Part shown: piece by piece, positions 62,590-64,000 of the stretch
Layout: every line of letters begins with the position of its first letter
Position numbering within the stretch: position 1 is the stretch's first letter
NCBI GenBank assembly: GCA_964035545.1
Contig: OZ037768.1
Location: forward strand, 22,415,319 to 22,479,318
Length of the DNA: 64,000 bases
Source of the DNA: Bugula neritina
Lineage: Eukaryota; Animalia; Bryozoa
Direction of reading: 5' to 3'
Program-made: the position numbers and the translations under genes
The notes under the pieces: model-generated
The model's input: the letters and a program-made list of their open reading frames with translations, nothing else
The model's database searches: none
Told to the model about the DNA's origin: nothing

Positions 62590-62930
62590 ATGGTGATTAC
62601 TTGCGCTGCAATTCCTGTTGAATCTCGGTGATTCAAATCCCAGGAATCTGATTTCTGTCACTGTCTCTGACTACAACTGCTGTGATATAAATCGGCGAAC
62701 CATAGCCGTGTCCCTGTCACGCTCCAGCACTGTTACCGAACACCAGAAATCATTTTTTCCACTGTAGTGACTCTCTTGCGTTGCGGAATTCCTGTCGAGT
62801 CTCTGCGATTCGAACATCAGGAATTAGATTTCTGTCACTGTCTCTGACTACAGTTGCTGTGATATAAATCGGCGAACCATAGCCGTGTCCCTATCACACT
62901 CCAGCACTGTTACCGAACACCAGAAATCAA
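62590..62930. repeat. Two tandem copies of a 177-bp CpG-containing unit, probably within a repeat element
   Basis: caggaat..gatttctgtcactgtctctgactaca...accgaacaccagaaatca at 62641 and 62818. Confidence 0.85.
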
Positions 62931-63103
62931 TAGTCACTGGAAAATATTAAAATCACATTAGCAAATAATTTGGCAACAAACAGTATTAGATAGTTTAATT
63001 AGTTTTCCGCACAAGGGAATTCTATTCCGGCCCTCATTGTTAAGTGAGATTACTTACCGTCAATAGTGACACCTGGTGTCAGACACAAATTCACTTCACT
63101 AAG

Positions 63104-63335
63104 TCTAATAGTAATAGTAATACTAATAGTAGGTAACAGTAAGAGTAATACTAATAGTAATACTAATAGTAATACTAATAGTAATAGTAATACTAAATAG
63201 TAATAGTAATACTAATACTAATAGTAATACAGTAATACTAATAGTAATAGTTATACTTATACTATAGTATTAGTAATACTAATACTAATACTAATAGTAA
63301 TACTTATAGTTAATGTTATAGTAATAAGTAATAGC
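63104..63335. repeat. (TAN)n low-complexity tract (TAA/TAG/TAC triplets); similar tracts at 20640-21130, 27505-27890, 37890-38230, 61830-62105
   Basis: TA recurs every 3 or 6 bp, e.g. taatagtaatactaatagtaatac. Confidence 0.85.
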
Positions 63336-63701
63336 TAAAACCTATAAAAAAAAACACAACTTAAATTTATTCAATTCCGAAGTTGAAACAATTAACATAC
63401 AATATAAAGGCTACGTGATGATTTCAAAAGTCAGCTGCAACGTGTCCAATATCTCCAGGAAGACACACCTTTATTTGCATCATCCCACACTCAGATTGAG
63501 ACGGTACCAATTATAACCTAATTTAGCCATCATGGAATTGTTAGAAGCAGCGCAAATTAGATAATAATCGCGTGCAGGATCTGTAAAAACGTCGTTATTC
63601 TAACCTCAAAGTCGCAACACCAAACTCGATTGCTTCAAACTAATGCGTTTAGTAACTACCGATTTTGTGCTGCTTCAAACGATTCTTAACCATTTATGAT
63701 C

Positions 63702-63710
63702 ATGGCGGAG
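63702..63710 (+). CDS. Possible first coding micro-exon (M-A-E) of a divergent gene continuing beyond the window
   Basis: atcATGGCGGAG|GTAATG in a CpG-containing stretch ~600 bp from the SLC25A38 5'UTR exon; no downstream exon available to confirm. Confidence 0.35.
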
Positions 63711-64000
63711 GTAATGTAGTAGTTCTGAACCAATTAAAACATGAGAGAGAAACCTTGACCGAAGCAGGACTTCATATCAAATAATTCTAATTACAGGTAG
63801 ATTCCCTTTACAAACCCATAAATGTACTGTATAAATGTACTGCAATTAAAAAGGGGTTTATTGACCCTTTTTGGACTACTTCAAGGACGTTTTTTTCCTG
63901 GTCAACTGCATTAGATATATTATTAATAATAATGTAATTATATTGATCAATTATTATCATGTTAAATTTAATAATAATAAATAGTATTACTAATCCTCGG

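Overview
AT-rich, intron-rich metazoan (invertebrate-like) genomic DNA, not prokaryotic; most entries in the ORF track are exon fragments or shadow ORFs. Spliced by hand, the window holds five protein-coding genes: IFT122 (+, first coding exon not found, probably upstream of the window), a synaptophysin-family gene (+), SMPD4 (+), a divergent TRIM gene (RING-Bbox-Bbox-coiled coil-NHL-like propeller, +) and SLC25A38 (-). It also holds tRNA-Leu(CAG) (-) and possibly the first exon of a further + gene at the right edge. Introns contain many mini/microsatellites, TIR-bounded MITEs (Kolobok-like, hAT-like, TA-flanked) and two copies of a tRNA-derived SINE. About 45.5-57.2 kb is a gene-free, heavily rearranged block: a ~1.3-1.4 kb triplication, dispersed repeated modules that read like a decayed sacsin-like gene, a decayed Ty3/Gypsy gag and a LINE-like 3' end. 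The most unusual patterns are minisatellites built from exon-intron junctions (arrays of decoy splice sites) and (TAN)n low-complexity tracts that cluster at gene 5' ends. Gene identities rest on my recollection of family sequences; no search was run.
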